Virus record (IMG/VR): IMGVR_UViG_3300033149_000928
Coordinates: 20,414-84,413 of that record
DNA length: 64,000 bases
Origin: a virus
Reading direction: 5' to 3' (one strand)
Shown here: positions 10,501-18,575 of the stretch, piece by piece
How the letters are laid out: every line of letters begins with the position of its first letter
Numbering within the stretch: position 1 is the stretch's first letter
The notes under the pieces: model-generated
Told to the model about the DNA's origin: nothing
Databases searched by the model: none
The model's input: the letters and a program-made list of their open reading frames with translations, nothing else
Position numbers and translations under genes: made by a program

Positions 10501-11649
10501 AAAAGCATTCTGTACAGCAGAAAGAAACTGTACTGAAGCAGCGGCATCTGAAACACCAACAAGTGCTAATTCATTAGCAGATTTTAAGAAACCAAAGGCT
10601 TCCGCACCTTTAGCTACTTGGTTAGATAAAGTTTGATATGCAGCTTCAGCTTGATCTAATAAATCAAAACCAAAGGCATCACTTAGTTCACGTAATCCTT
10701 CTGCCCATCTATCGGTAGTGAGTTGATTCTGTTGAGAAATCGTTCGGATTTCTGAGATACGTATACTAAACTCAATCGCATCTTCCGTTGCTCTTTTCAC
10801 TTCTTGAATAAATTTACTTACTGCTCTATGGATAACTTGCACAACGACAACACGTAAGAATGTTTGCCATGAGAGAGTAAGTTTTTGTACCCGATCTTTA
10901 GCAGTATCTAAACTTTCATTTAATGGTTTAGTTGAAGATGCGACTCCAATAAGCTGACCATTGACACTGGTTAAAGTTGCAGTAAGTTTTTGTCCATCTG
11001 TAGTTGTAGCATTCCAGATTTCTTGAGTACGATTTGATGCCGTATTTATTTTCTTTGATATTATAAGTCCTTCTAATTGACCTTTATTCTTTTGTTGTTG
11101 TAAAAGATTAAGTTCATTTTGTGCTCTCTTCATTTGATCGGCAAGTTTATTTTCAGCGCGTATTCTTGCTTCCGTTGTTTGTGCTTGCTTGATCCTAACA
11201 CTAAGTAAATTATTCTCTGCATCTGCAACAACTTGCACTGTATTACCAGTGGCATCTAAACCCGACCTAACTAATTTTTGTAATTTACCATTCTTATCAA
11301 GTACAGTATTAATTCTTAAGAGTGTTTTAATACGTTGATTAGCTACTTCATCAGCACGTAATCCTGCTTTAGTACCTTCTTTTAAAGGAGGAATAACTCC
11401 TTCTTGAGCCGCTATGTAATCCTCAAGTTGTTTTATTAATTGACCTAATCCCTTAAATGACCCTACCTCAGTATTAAATTTACTCATACTCTCAGTAAAT
11501 GCTGCTACACCTTTATTTAAATCTAAGAATGCATCTCTTAATTTATTTATTTCTGCAATAGAATCCCTAGTGTCGAAGACAATATCTCCGCCAAACTCTT
11601 CGCCACCATACCATTTACGATTTTTGATTTGGTAAATCAAACTGTCCAC
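7588..11649 (-). CDS. Tape measure protein
   Basis: 1353 aa, helical/coiled-coil, with a TP901-type TMP core, a central TM segment and a C-terminal GG.VPG..DTVPAMLTPGEFV motif. Confidence 0.9.
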   Translation of the reverse strand: MDSLIYQIKNRKWYGGEEFGGDIVFDTRDSIAEINKLRDAFLDLNKGVAAFTESMSKFNTEVGSFKGLGQLIKQLEDYIAAQEGVIPPLKEGTKAGLRADEVANQRIKTLLRINTVLDKNGKLQKLVRSGLDATGNTVQVVADAENNLLSVRIKQAQTTEARIRAENKLADQMKRAQNELNLLQQQKNKGQLEGLIISKKINTASNRTQEIWNATTTDGQKLTATLTSVNGQLIGVASSTKPLNESLDTAKDRVQKLTLSWQTFLRVVVVQVIHRAVSKFIQEVKRATEDAIEFSIRISEIRTISQQNQLTTDRWAEGLRELSDAFGFDLLDQAEAAYQTLSNQVAKGAEAFGFLKSANELALVGVSDAAASVQFLSAVQNAFNLTLDDTANIAAQTFKTIELGRVRLDEMANTIGQSAVPAANLGLSFTDLAAAITTVTIRGVPFEKAQTAIRNILLKLIRPTAEMTKLFREWGVVSGEAAIAAFGFGGVLAKIEERTKGSSSELGKIFGRIRAISGAMVFAGRGLKTFENNWKELQEAQASYEVALKETLTNTGREIRIEVNKIKNFFTEEIGRDLIDTIKFVNDNVLSLSDSVKLFASVITVFLAPAIGLAAAALVSLNLAIIVTPFGALVAGLTAAGIGLKLAFDSVTNSYDEAIKEADDFYNESVKKLKDQTTARLKIIESGYEVEFRLAKAAIAQVQSVLSKQLDTQVGLDKELANGLKLAYQDVIKSIQAGIKDLNDILKDSEKTIEQTTKNIADLKRELASNILREQLDSAVDVQAKQRLLIAEAQKQFVAAISITGTDQQSQRNARAAFDITKKLLEEAAKLQSDTAEKNESNEKEVNKLRERGKKAATDLENLRLKAADKRLTFENKIDARIRAGARISITSVNGEIKSIQSKDKAVLKAQRDQERFERENNERIRKLLTVTANITQEIKERQPIEIEQLEISKAQNALIKQRIEFEKELAEAAKQATKEAKEETERREKNLKLIQEQSREISKLKVKDLIGVDDVDEQIVNLLKALKDVDKARETIEKASVKDPKTAIVAQEQLAKKEAQIEETLKKKLLEQELETVRKTIKLQEEGLKNRIKVQKEAELKLRGSEPAARTDLISTFAKLGPDFAKFRADLAPFLKDPTAKGAAVLIKTIEDFERSQQELAPFFRGQRSEEGVAAISTFEDAVLRLFRITRDNNAVSELKKLTEASKKQVEESRKAFDKTFGLTEQADRDRNDHLKKIEKAQTVDIPALLAQIRDKVGPLGRAAGGDVPGSTDTVPAMLTPGEFVMNARSARKFHTQLVAMNAGIQPFQGGGSVTNVGDVNINMQSSGNEAYDVTKVGKLLQRQIRRKTLRF

Positions 11650-12158
11650 CTAGTAGTCGAGATTAGATTTTTATTTAAATATTTTCTAATTATAGGAAAA
11701 ATATTCTCTACTATATATTTTTCTGTTTGCAATCCTGCTTCTTCGATAGTTCTCCAAGGTGTATTGGGTATTGCAGTAGCATCGTATTCATTCTCTTCCC
11801 AGTAATTAACTCCTGGTGCTTTGTTAAGATCAGCTACAGTAGAAGAGAAACCAAAAATATATAAACCTCTTTCTATTACCCAAAAAGCTTTACCTTGGTC
11901 TACTCCTGTACCTACATTCTTACCTTCTCGATTCGGTTCTTCTGCATCATCATAATTAATTGTCAACCCAAATTCAATAGCAGCGGCAGTTAAAGATGCT
12001 CTTGCTTGTCCAGTCCATGCAGGTACTGAATCCTTTCCTATCATACCTTGAATAAAATATTGAGCGGCCTTATAAAGCATACCTTTCATAAGATCATCAA
12101 TATCCCGTTCGATAGTTTTCTTAATATAAGGCATCTTAATTTTAGCTACAAATTTCAT
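11637..12158 (-). CDS. Tail completion protein (HK97 gp10-like)
   Basis: VPAWTGQARAS resembles the P..TG..R.S motif of this family. Confidence 0.5.
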   Translation of the reverse strand: MKFVAKIKMPYIKKTIERDIDDLMKGMLYKAAQYFIQGMIGKDSVPAWTGQARASLTAAAIEFGLTINYDDAEEPNREGKNVGTGVDQGKAFWVIERGLYIFGFSSTVADLNKAPGVNYWEENEYDATAIPNTPWRTIEEAGLQTEKYIVENIFPIIRKYLNKNLISTTRWTV

Positions 12159-12388
12159 GTTAATTTTGCTCCAAGCATTGCCGCTTGCCGTTCGTCATCT
12201 TCGATCTCACGAATCTGATTATATGATATAAGGAGAGCTTGTGTCCATACATTACACTCGTCCCAAGCCTTATCTGCACCTTCTGGTACAATCCCCATAC
12301 GTTCACAAGCTCTCCATATAGAATATAACTCCGTGCGGAAACGGGGAAGTACTATTTTTCTGACCCCGCCTCCTGAGAAGCTAAAAAA
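12155..12388 (-). CDS. -1 frameshift extension of the tail assembly chaperone (gpGT-like)
   Basis: T-TTT-TTA at 12388-12382. The -1 frame stays open for ~77 codons (FSFSGGGVRKIVLPRFRTELYSIWRACERMG...) to a TGA that overlaps the next ATG. Confidence 0.75.
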   Translation of the reverse strand, partial: FFSFSGGGVRKIVLPRFRTELYSIWRACERMGIVPEGADKAWDECNVWTQALLISYNQIREIEDDERQAAMLGAKLT

Positions 12389-12822
12389 CGTTTCCGTGCC
12401 TCTTCAATCTTATCACTATTAAGTCCTTGGGCATTCGTGACACCCATTATAACTCTCAATACTTCCGCCTCAGAAAGCCAAGTACCTAATTCCTTTTCAT
12501 AGTTCTTCCATGTATCGGGCTTACCCATATCAATGGTATCCCACTCAAGACCTTCAGTTGCTTCAAGGGACTTGAGAACTTGCCATGCGTACTTCGCAGT
12601 ACCATATTCATCAATAGCTTTAAGGAACTTCGGGTCATCAACATTTAGTTCCTTACGTCCACCAGGGAACATCTTCTCCGGTGGGGTAGGTCTTGGAAAC
12701 ATGTTATTGAAATCACTATAATCCAAAACAGCTTGTGCTTTAATGATAATCGTATCTTCACCACGAATGATCGGAATAATTTCAACAGCAGGACCATTAA
12801 GTACCACACCTTGAATCTTCAT
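12352..12822 (-). CDS. Tail assembly chaperone (gpG-like)
   Basis: Follows the major tail protein and ends with an in-frame slippery heptamer. Confidence 0.75.
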   Translation of the reverse strand: MKIQGVVLNGPAVEIIPIIRGEDTIIIKAQAVLDYSDFNNMFPRPTPPEKMFPGGRKELNVDDPKFLKAIDEYGTAKYAWQVLKSLEATEGLEWDTIDMGKPDTWKNYEKELGTWLSEAEVLRVIMGVTNAQGLNSDKIEEARKRFLASQEAGSEK

Positions 12823-12846
12823 TACAAACCCTTTCTTCCCTCAAAC

Positions 12847-12887
12847 TTGCTCCACGGTTTGATTTACTAAATCAAACCGTGGAGCAA
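12847..12887. terminator. 41-bp perfect palindrome (20-1-20) built around the 17-bp motif; possible terminator/operator after the major tail gene
   Basis: TTGCTCCACGGTTTGATTTA-C-TAAATCAAACCGTGGAGCAA. Confidence 0.6.
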
Positions 12888-12894
12888 CAAAAAT

Positions 12895-13416
12895 CTACTG
12901 ACGCACAATCAGAGCATCAGTGGCATTACACTGACCTGTAACCGCAACAGTACCAGCAGAAAGATCATGTGCAAGACTCGTATAACGGAAGTCAGGGAGC
13001 GTGATAATTTCATCAAGCTCACCACCACAAGGTGGCACATAATCCACTTCAATATCAACCGCGTAGGGTTCACATGGGTCAGAAGAACTTGATACCCAAC
13101 CCGATGCTTCACCACGCTGCTTCAATGCATCTTCAACAGTCGGTGTACCTGCCGCCGTTGTGGACACAGCCTGGAGGAACTCCCAGGTAAAATCAAAACG
13201 AACGTCAATCGGCTCTTCGTCACCTTCCTTAACGGTGTCAAGGAGTCCACGGTCACGAACATACTCGATATTCTTTCGTTCATCATAAGTGAGAGTACCC
13301 TCACCAATCTTCACTTCAAGACTTTGCTGCGCAGACCCAACACCACCATCTTTAAGCCAGATGGTGGCATTTTTGAGATCAATCTGTGCACCATACCATC
13401 TACGATCTCGAAACAT
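12895..13416 (-). CDS. Major tail (tube) protein
   Basis: 173 aa, acidic and beta-rich, upstream of the frameshifting chaperone. Has the MFRDRRWYG leader. Confidence 0.75.
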   Translation of the reverse strand: MFRDRRWYGAQIDLKNATIWLKDGGVGSAQQSLEVKIGEGTLTYDERKNIEYVRDRGLLDTVKEGDEEPIDVRFDFTWEFLQAVSTTAAGTPTVEDALKQRGEASGWVSSSSDPCEPYAVDIEVDYVPPCGGELDEIITLPDFRYTSLAHDLSAGTVAVTGQCNATDALIVRQ

Positions 13417-13419
13417 ATC

Positions 13420-14154
13420 TTACTCCTCAGCAAGTTCCATTGTATAGTGACGTTCTACACCTGCCTGTAAGACTTCAGCGGCAGGTTGTAGCTGACCAAA
13501 ATGACTTACCTGAAGGTTCTTACGTTTACCATCTTGTGCTTGTAAGCAACCTAAGAAAGTATCATCATCCTGGATTTCCTTCCCATAACGATAAGTGAGG
13601 ATATTATTCGTGAACAACGATGTAACGAAATCTGTCTGTAAACGAATATTATGGAAATCCTTATCACTTTTCGGTACGGTAATGATCGCGTTCACTTCCA
13701 CAATTAATTTCCACCAGCCCTTTGAAAATTGCTGAAAGAAAGGACCGTCTACACGAAGCTCAAAAAATTCTAATTGATCTTGAGTCTCGCGATGTTCTCC
13801 TTCGAGGAACATGAAAAGCCCTGATCTCAAGTCCTCGAAGTGTTGACAAATAGAAGCATAAATCCAACGCCCCCAGTTGGCATTTACGCCTCCGCTCGGT
13901 GACGCCCCCGTCACTGAGAAATCTACACTATCTGATACGGTTCCTGTAGAGCCGATTGACATGACCCTGCCAGTATAATCTCCAGGAGCTACACCTTCTA
14001 TCTCGATTGTTCCGTTGCCAATAATTGAATTAATGGTATGCCATCTATTGTTATTACGGGTAGTGAAGACGAGAACATTAATTGATCCCGCTTCCGCACC
14101 CGTTATAGTTGCTGTTGAACCAACGATATTAAGCGTTGGGATAGCTGTTGGCAT
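13420..14154 (-). CDS. Tail terminator-like protein with an N-terminal Ig/FN3-like extension
   Basis: Position just upstream of the major tail gene. Beta-rich N-terminal ~85 aa. Confidence 0.5.
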   Translation of the reverse strand: MPTAIPTLNIVGSTATITGAEAGSINVLVFTTRNNNRWHTINSIIGNGTIEIEGVAPGDYTGRVMSIGSTGTVSDSVDFSVTGASPSGGVNANWGRWIYASICQHFEDLRSGLFMFLEGEHRETQDQLEFFELRVDGPFFQQFSKGWWKLIVEVNAIITVPKSDKDFHNIRLQTDFVTSLFTNNILTYRYGKEIQDDDTFLGCLQAQDGKRKNLQVSHFGQLQPAAEVLQAGVERHYTMELAEE

Positions 14155-14626
14155 TAGTTATTCCTAAAGCATTCAATAGTATTTGGATGTTATTACGTCC
14201 CTTAATAGCCACATTAATATGTGGATATTTCCGTTTGAGTTGACTCTCTCGTACCGTATCTCCAGTATAAACTACGTATGGAATATTACGGTGGTTACTC
14301 TCGAATTCTTCAACTATTTTCTTACCGCTATCTTTTTGTTCTAGATTCAAATCAATAATAGCGCAAATTATTGATATGTTCTCTTCATGTAAAATATCTA
14401 ACGCATCTATCGAATTATCAATGACTTTTGATTTAATATGTTTTGATTCAAGTATCTTCTGTAGATACTGAGCTACATGAGCGTCATCTTCAATAACAAG
14501 ACAGAAACCATCAGGACAAGTTGCTTGCCTCAATGCAACACGGGTATGTTGCGAACTTGAGAAGAAGTCTGAGATTGTTTTCTTATTCATCATCAGATTT
14601 ACCAGCCTTGTAATTCTGAAGAGCAT
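14129..14626 (-). CDS. Single-domain response regulator (CheY-like receiver)
   Basis: LVIEDD acidic pocket, AIIDLNL phospho-Asp, VVYTG and a conserved K. The true start may be ~14590. Confidence 0.75.
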   Translation of the reverse strand: MLFRITRLVNLMMNKKTISDFFSSSQHTRVALRQATCPDGFCLVIEDDAHVAQYLQKILESKHIKSKVIDNSIDALDILHEENISIICAIIDLNLEQKDSGKKIVEEFESNHRNIPYVVYTGDTVRESQLKRKYPHINVAIKGRNNIQILLNALGITNANSYPNA

Positions 14627-14813
14627 CCTTGACCTCTACCATTAGACTATTAGAAGTCCGTATTAACTCTGCTAGGCCACCCATTAATTCTTTACATTCT
14701 GAAATCAAGGACTCGACCTGTCCTTGCTGGTTTATATTTTGTTTATAGAGTACCCCTATGGCTGCTGCGAGAGCACCTATAACACCGATGATAACTGAAA
14801 GAGGGATTTCCAT
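14583..14813 (-). CDS. Single-TM coiled-coil protein (holin-like)
   Basis: N-terminal TM helix followed by an amphipathic helix. Confidence 0.5.
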   Translation of the reverse strand: MEIPLSVIIGVIGALAAAIGVLYKQNINQQGQVESLISECKELMGGLAELIRTSNSLMVEVKDALQNYKAGKSDDE

Positions 14814-14840
14814 ATTTTTCCTTTGTACTTATGCTTGTGT

Positions 14841-15128
14841 TTACTGACTAATACGCACTAAAGCTGTACCACTACCATAATCACCTACTTTAAAACCAAT
14901 ACGATAGTAGATATTTTTCTCAGGATCATCGCCTACTTTTTGGTCATTTAATGTGAAAGCTTCAACATCAAACCAATCTTGCCCATTAAAAGAACGTTGA
15001 AGAGTAACAGTACCCGTCCAAGTTCCAGAGATGGACATATTAAAGACTTCATTCCTTAAACGTATTACTGCGAAGTCATCTGCTTGTGATATACTCTTTT
15101 CAGTTGCAGCTATCGCATCGGTAGTCAT
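14841..15128 (-). CDS. Small beta-sandwich virion protein
   Basis: SISGTWTGTVTLQRSF.G..W.DV motif, common in phage structural modules. Confidence 0.6.
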   Translation of the reverse strand: MTTDAIAATEKSISQADDFAVIRLRNEVFNMSISGTWTGTVTLQRSFNGQDWFDVEAFTLNDQKVGDDPEKNIYYRIGFKVGDYGSGTALVRISQ

Positions 15129-15628
15129 ACTGTACCCTCCACTTCCTCAAAGAATTCGATTTGGGCACTTACTTCTTTATTGTGCCATTCAAAAGGTAAT
15201 TGTTGAACAGTTTGTTTAGCTACAATATACATTGCTAATCCATCAGCATAAGAGTTTACCTCTTTTAGATTATAACGCTTATGCTGATAGATTAAGTGCC
15301 ATTGTAAATCAACCTTTACAGTATCTCTAACTGCACGTGGGAGGTCTTTTGTCTCTATGATGTAATCCCTAATTCCCATATCATAATAAGCACCATACTG
15401 GAAATTCTTATTAGCAGCAAGGAAAGTAAGGTCATATGCAAATTTCCGCATTAATTGTTTAGGTAGTGGTATCCCTCTTTTGATTTTATAAACATTATAA
15501 TCCATAACTATCTCACCAGTTTTAACATTATTGCTACTACTGGTGACTTGATATAAATACATACGATCACCATACTGTCTTTTCAGACGGTATAGTAATC
15601 TCTTCATTTGTGCTTTAATGGTGTACAT
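15125..15628 (-). CDS. Head closure / head-tail joining protein (putative)
   Basis: Position after the capsid gene, and size. Confidence 0.5.
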   Translation of the reverse strand: MYTIKAQMKRLLYRLKRQYGDRMYLYQVTSSSNNVKTGEIVMDYNVYKIKRGIPLPKQLMRKFAYDLTFLAANKNFQYGAYYDMGIRDYIIETKDLPRAVRDTVKVDLQWHLIYQHKRYNLKEVNSYADGLAMYIVAKQTVQQLPFEWHNKEVSAQIEFFEEVEGTV

Positions 15629-15701
15629 TTTGTTTATTTCTTTTGATTTAGTAAATCAATTTGGCTCAGCCAGTGGCGTAGCCAGTGGCGCAGCAGAGGG
15701 T

Positions 15702-15734
15702 GGGGTGAGTGAGCCACAGTAGCTCACTCACCCC
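15702..15734 (-). terminator. GC-rich hairpin after the major capsid gene
   Basis: GGGGTGAGTGAGC-cacagta-GCTCACTCACCCC, 13-bp stem, 15 bp past the stop codon. Confidence 0.6.
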
Positions 15735-15748
15735 AGAGCAAGGCGACA

Positions 15749-17143
15749 CTACCCAAGCAACACCGCACCCAAGTTCGTATCAAGAACCTTCACACCACAA
15801 AGGAGGTCCACGGTCACTAAGTGACCCTGAGACGTACCATTGTAAGTGATCGTAACGCGAATCGCGACACCATTAGCACTCGCCACGGCACTCAAAGCAC
15901 CAGTACCGGCTCTCGGAAGAGCAAGAGGACGCGAAACAAAAGTAATAGCATTCCGATGGAAAGCAAAGTTATAGCTTCCAGCGGGACCAATACACACATC
16001 GTCATTATTGGCAATAGCAGCACCAAGAGGACGATCCAACGTGATACCGATAAGAGCATTAACCGCAATGATCGTATAGATATCAGTTGTGGTGGAATCA
16101 CCGAAGGTCACGAACTGACCAACCTGCGGGGCGACCGTGAAGCCATCAATCACGATTTCCTTGGCGTAACCAGCCGCGTAATCACCGACCTTATTGACTT
16201 CACCAGGAGTATAAACCGTGATATCAGCATCATCCACGACAGCCGTAGAAAGACCAGGAGCAAGAACCGTGATAGTAGTCGGCGTAGCACCGACAACCGC
16301 TGAGACGACCCGAAGAGGAGTCATATCCCCTTCAATGGTAATCCATGAGCCAGCCGCGATTGCAGCACTGAAACCATCAACCGTAAACACGGTTGAACCA
16401 GCCGCATAACCAGCGCCAAAATTAATCTCGCCAGCCGTAACGGTATTACCCACAGCGACCGAGGACATATGCTGATCCATGTAGTTATCAAAGCCAAGCT
16501 TACGGCCCATGCTAGCTTCACGGAGAGCAGTACCTTCGTCACCAACGGTATTTGCGGTTAAGAAAATCTCAGTATCTAGAGCCTGAGTCTCACCATCAGG
16601 GTTCCAAACGAGATTCCTTCCCTGAGCATATGCCAGATTCTCGTTCATGACCTTACGAGTCTGGAGCATATACTGCTTAGCGGTCGTACCACTGAGACCA
16701 CCAATCATTCCAGCTTCATTAGCCAGGAACTGGGGCCATTGACCAAGGATAACCTTATCGGTTGCCTGGGCAATGGAGAGAACCGCAGGACCAAGATGGA
16801 CTTCGATCAAGTCCTTCATGGACTTCGACAGTTCGCCATCCTTAATGGTAAAAGATGTATGGAAGTGCTGATCCAGAGGAACCTGGATATTCGTGAGACT
16901 CGCATCCTGTACCGTCACATCATCATTATCGGTCTTCCTCTCAGCCGTAAATGTACCGGGCTGACGAGTATTGACGAGATCGCCTTGACTCGCAATTTCC
17001 ATCGAGAAATCCCGATGAACGAGATTAGCAGCGACCATATTTTCGGTTAAGATAGCGACAGACTCATTAGCCCAGACTTCCGGGATAAGTGCATCGTTAT
17101 CATTGACACCGTACCAACTTCTACTTCTAACGTATCGAAACAT
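15749..17143 (-). CDS. Major capsid protein (P22 coat-like HK97 fold with inserted domains)
   Basis: LIPEVWANE..L.ENMV.ANLVHRDF, GRKLGFD.YMDQ, NFAFHRNAI...SRPL and DLLCGVK.LD motifs. Confidence 0.9.
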   Translation of the reverse strand: MFRYVRSRSWYGVNDNDALIPEVWANESVAILTENMVAANLVHRDFSMEIASQGDLVNTRQPGTFTAERKTDNDDVTVQDASLTNIQVPLDQHFHTSFTIKDGELSKSMKDLIEVHLGPAVLSIAQATDKVILGQWPQFLANEAGMIGGLSGTTAKQYMLQTRKVMNENLAYAQGRNLVWNPDGETQALDTEIFLTANTVGDEGTALREASMGRKLGFDNYMDQHMSSVAVGNTVTAGEINFGAGYAAGSTVFTVDGFSAAIAAGSWITIEGDMTPLRVVSAVVGATPTTITVLAPGLSTAVVDDADITVYTPGEVNKVGDYAAGYAKEIVIDGFTVAPQVGQFVTFGDSTTTDIYTIIAVNALIGITLDRPLGAAIANNDDVCIGPAGSYNFAFHRNAITFVSRPLALPRAGTGALSAVASANGVAIRVTITYNGTSQGHLVTVDLLCGVKVLDTNLGAVLLG

Positions 17144-17169
17144 GGACTATCTCCTATTTCCTTGTTTGT

Positions 17170-18120
17170 TTACTTCACTTCGTCTAAAATGTTTTTGCCA
17201 TCTTTCTTCAGTTTCTCTCTTCTTGCAATGTATTGCTCCGTGGTTAAGTTCCCCACGTCAACACTACCACCAGAGCCTTGGACTCCGGCTGCATCCCCTA
17301 ACCCACCAGTGACGTTAGCCTTGAAGAGATTCCCGTACTGCTGTGGGATATCCTTCATCTTTGCTACGGCTTCCGCAACCGGGAGATCAAGTGTAACAGG
17401 TTTACCATCACCATCCACACCAGCTAATTTGGTTCGAGGAATCAAATTACCTGTGGCCTTACCCTCTCCATCCAATTCCTCGGATAGAGTAGTATTCGGA
17501 ATTAACAGAGTAACGATTTGTGGGGGCGAAAACGCATCGTTAGCTACTGCGGCATCCAAGATAGCTCTACTAATTGTCTCGTTTGTATACCGCTCTTGAA
17601 GAGCGTTGAGTTGATTTTGTAAATCAGTTACCTGTGTTGCATTCTCATTCTTGATTCGATCTTGTTCCTGTTTTGCAAGTTCCTCCTTTGTTTTAAGTTG
17701 ATCGTTGAGTTCTTTGACTTTACCAGTGAGTTTAACTTTTTCTTCAGCCGTTAGACTGCCAGATTGAAGAGCTATGACTGTATCTTCAAGCTCAGTAACT
17801 TTAGATTGGAGTCCACGCTTATTATTAGCAAGCATCTTATTCACTTGTTCTTGCGTGAAGGTTTTAGGTTTAGTTCCACCTTCTCCGCCACCTTCTCCGC
17901 CAATACCGTCACCAGCACCATCGCCATCACCTGCTCCAGCGCCATCTCCTGCTCCAGCACCATCTCCAGCACCATCTCCAGTACCATCTCCGCCACCTTC
18001 TCCGCCACCTTCTCCTTCACCATACCAACTACGATCTTTGATTTTGTAAATCAAAGATGCTGGTACACACATACTAACCACATCACTCATACTAACCACA
18101 TCACACTCAAACATCTCCAC
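17170..18120 (-). CDS. Capsid scaffolding protein
   Basis: Gly/Asp linker, KTFTQEQVN motif and coiled coil, upstream of the capsid gene. Start uncertain (may be near 18054). Confidence 0.85.
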   Translation of the reverse strand: MEMFECDVVSMSDVVSMCVPASLIYKIKDRSWYGEGEGGGEGGGDGTGDGAGDGAGAGDGAGAGDGDGAGDGIGGEGGGEGGTKPKTFTQEQVNKMLANNKRGLQSKVTELEDTVIALQSGSLTAEEKVKLTGKVKELNDQLKTKEELAKQEQDRIKNENATQVTDLQNQLNALQERYTNETISRAILDAAVANDAFSPPQIVTLLIPNTTLSEELDGEGKATGNLIPRTKLAGVDGDGKPVTLDLPVAEAVAKMKDIPQQYGNLFKANVTGGLGDAAGVQGSGGSVDVGNLTTEQYIARREKLKKDGKNILDEVK

Positions 18121-18125
18121 TCCTT

Positions 18126-18575
18126 CTATGTAGCCCTATTGACCTCTAATGACTGAGGGTCTACTAAGTATGGCTTCAAGTATTGCCAAGCTAAAGTGCT
18201 TGGTATACCGGCCTGTAGATGCTCAGGTACAAAAGATCGGTCATAGGTAGACCTCGCCGATGCGAGTCCTTGAGACTTCATCCCAAGCAATTCAATTTCT
18301 TTATCGGGATCAACATCATCTAATAATACAAGTGCGAGTTCCGCACATGCATTCTGGATATCTTCTGGTATAGTCGTATCATCATAGCGTGGGAACTGCT
18401 GTTCTTGATCGGCGGCATTCTTCTCACCAATGAAATTTAATCTATCAATACGCAAAGTGGCCTCTTTAAGGGCAACAAGTTGGGTATCCGAATCTTCATC
18501 ATCCCATGCGCCAGTATTAAGACGTTCAGCGAAATGAGCATCGGCATCGGCTACGGTTATGTAGGGAATAGTCAT
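18126..18575 (-). CDS. Head-tail adaptor (family often labelled DnaT-like)
   Basis: YITVADADAHF..R....W, Q..FPR and IP.DIQNAC.ELA motifs. Confidence 0.7.
   Translation of the reverse strand: MTIPYITVADADAHFAERLNTGAWDDEDSDTQLVALKEATLRIDRLNFIGEKNAADQEQQFPRYDDTTIPEDIQNACAELALVLLDDVDPDKEIELLGMKSQGLASARSTYDRSFVPEHLQAGIPSTLAWQYLKPYLVDPQSLEVNRAT

Noticed and set aside
7661-10636. Several + strand ORFs within the tape measure gene (and similar antisense ORFs elsewhere)
   Set aside because: Antisense shadows of long minus-strand genes, with no RBS or recognisable motifs.
17875-18020. GC-rich repeats and a + strand Pro-rich ORF
   Set aside because: They simply encode the Gly/Asp linker of the scaffold protein.
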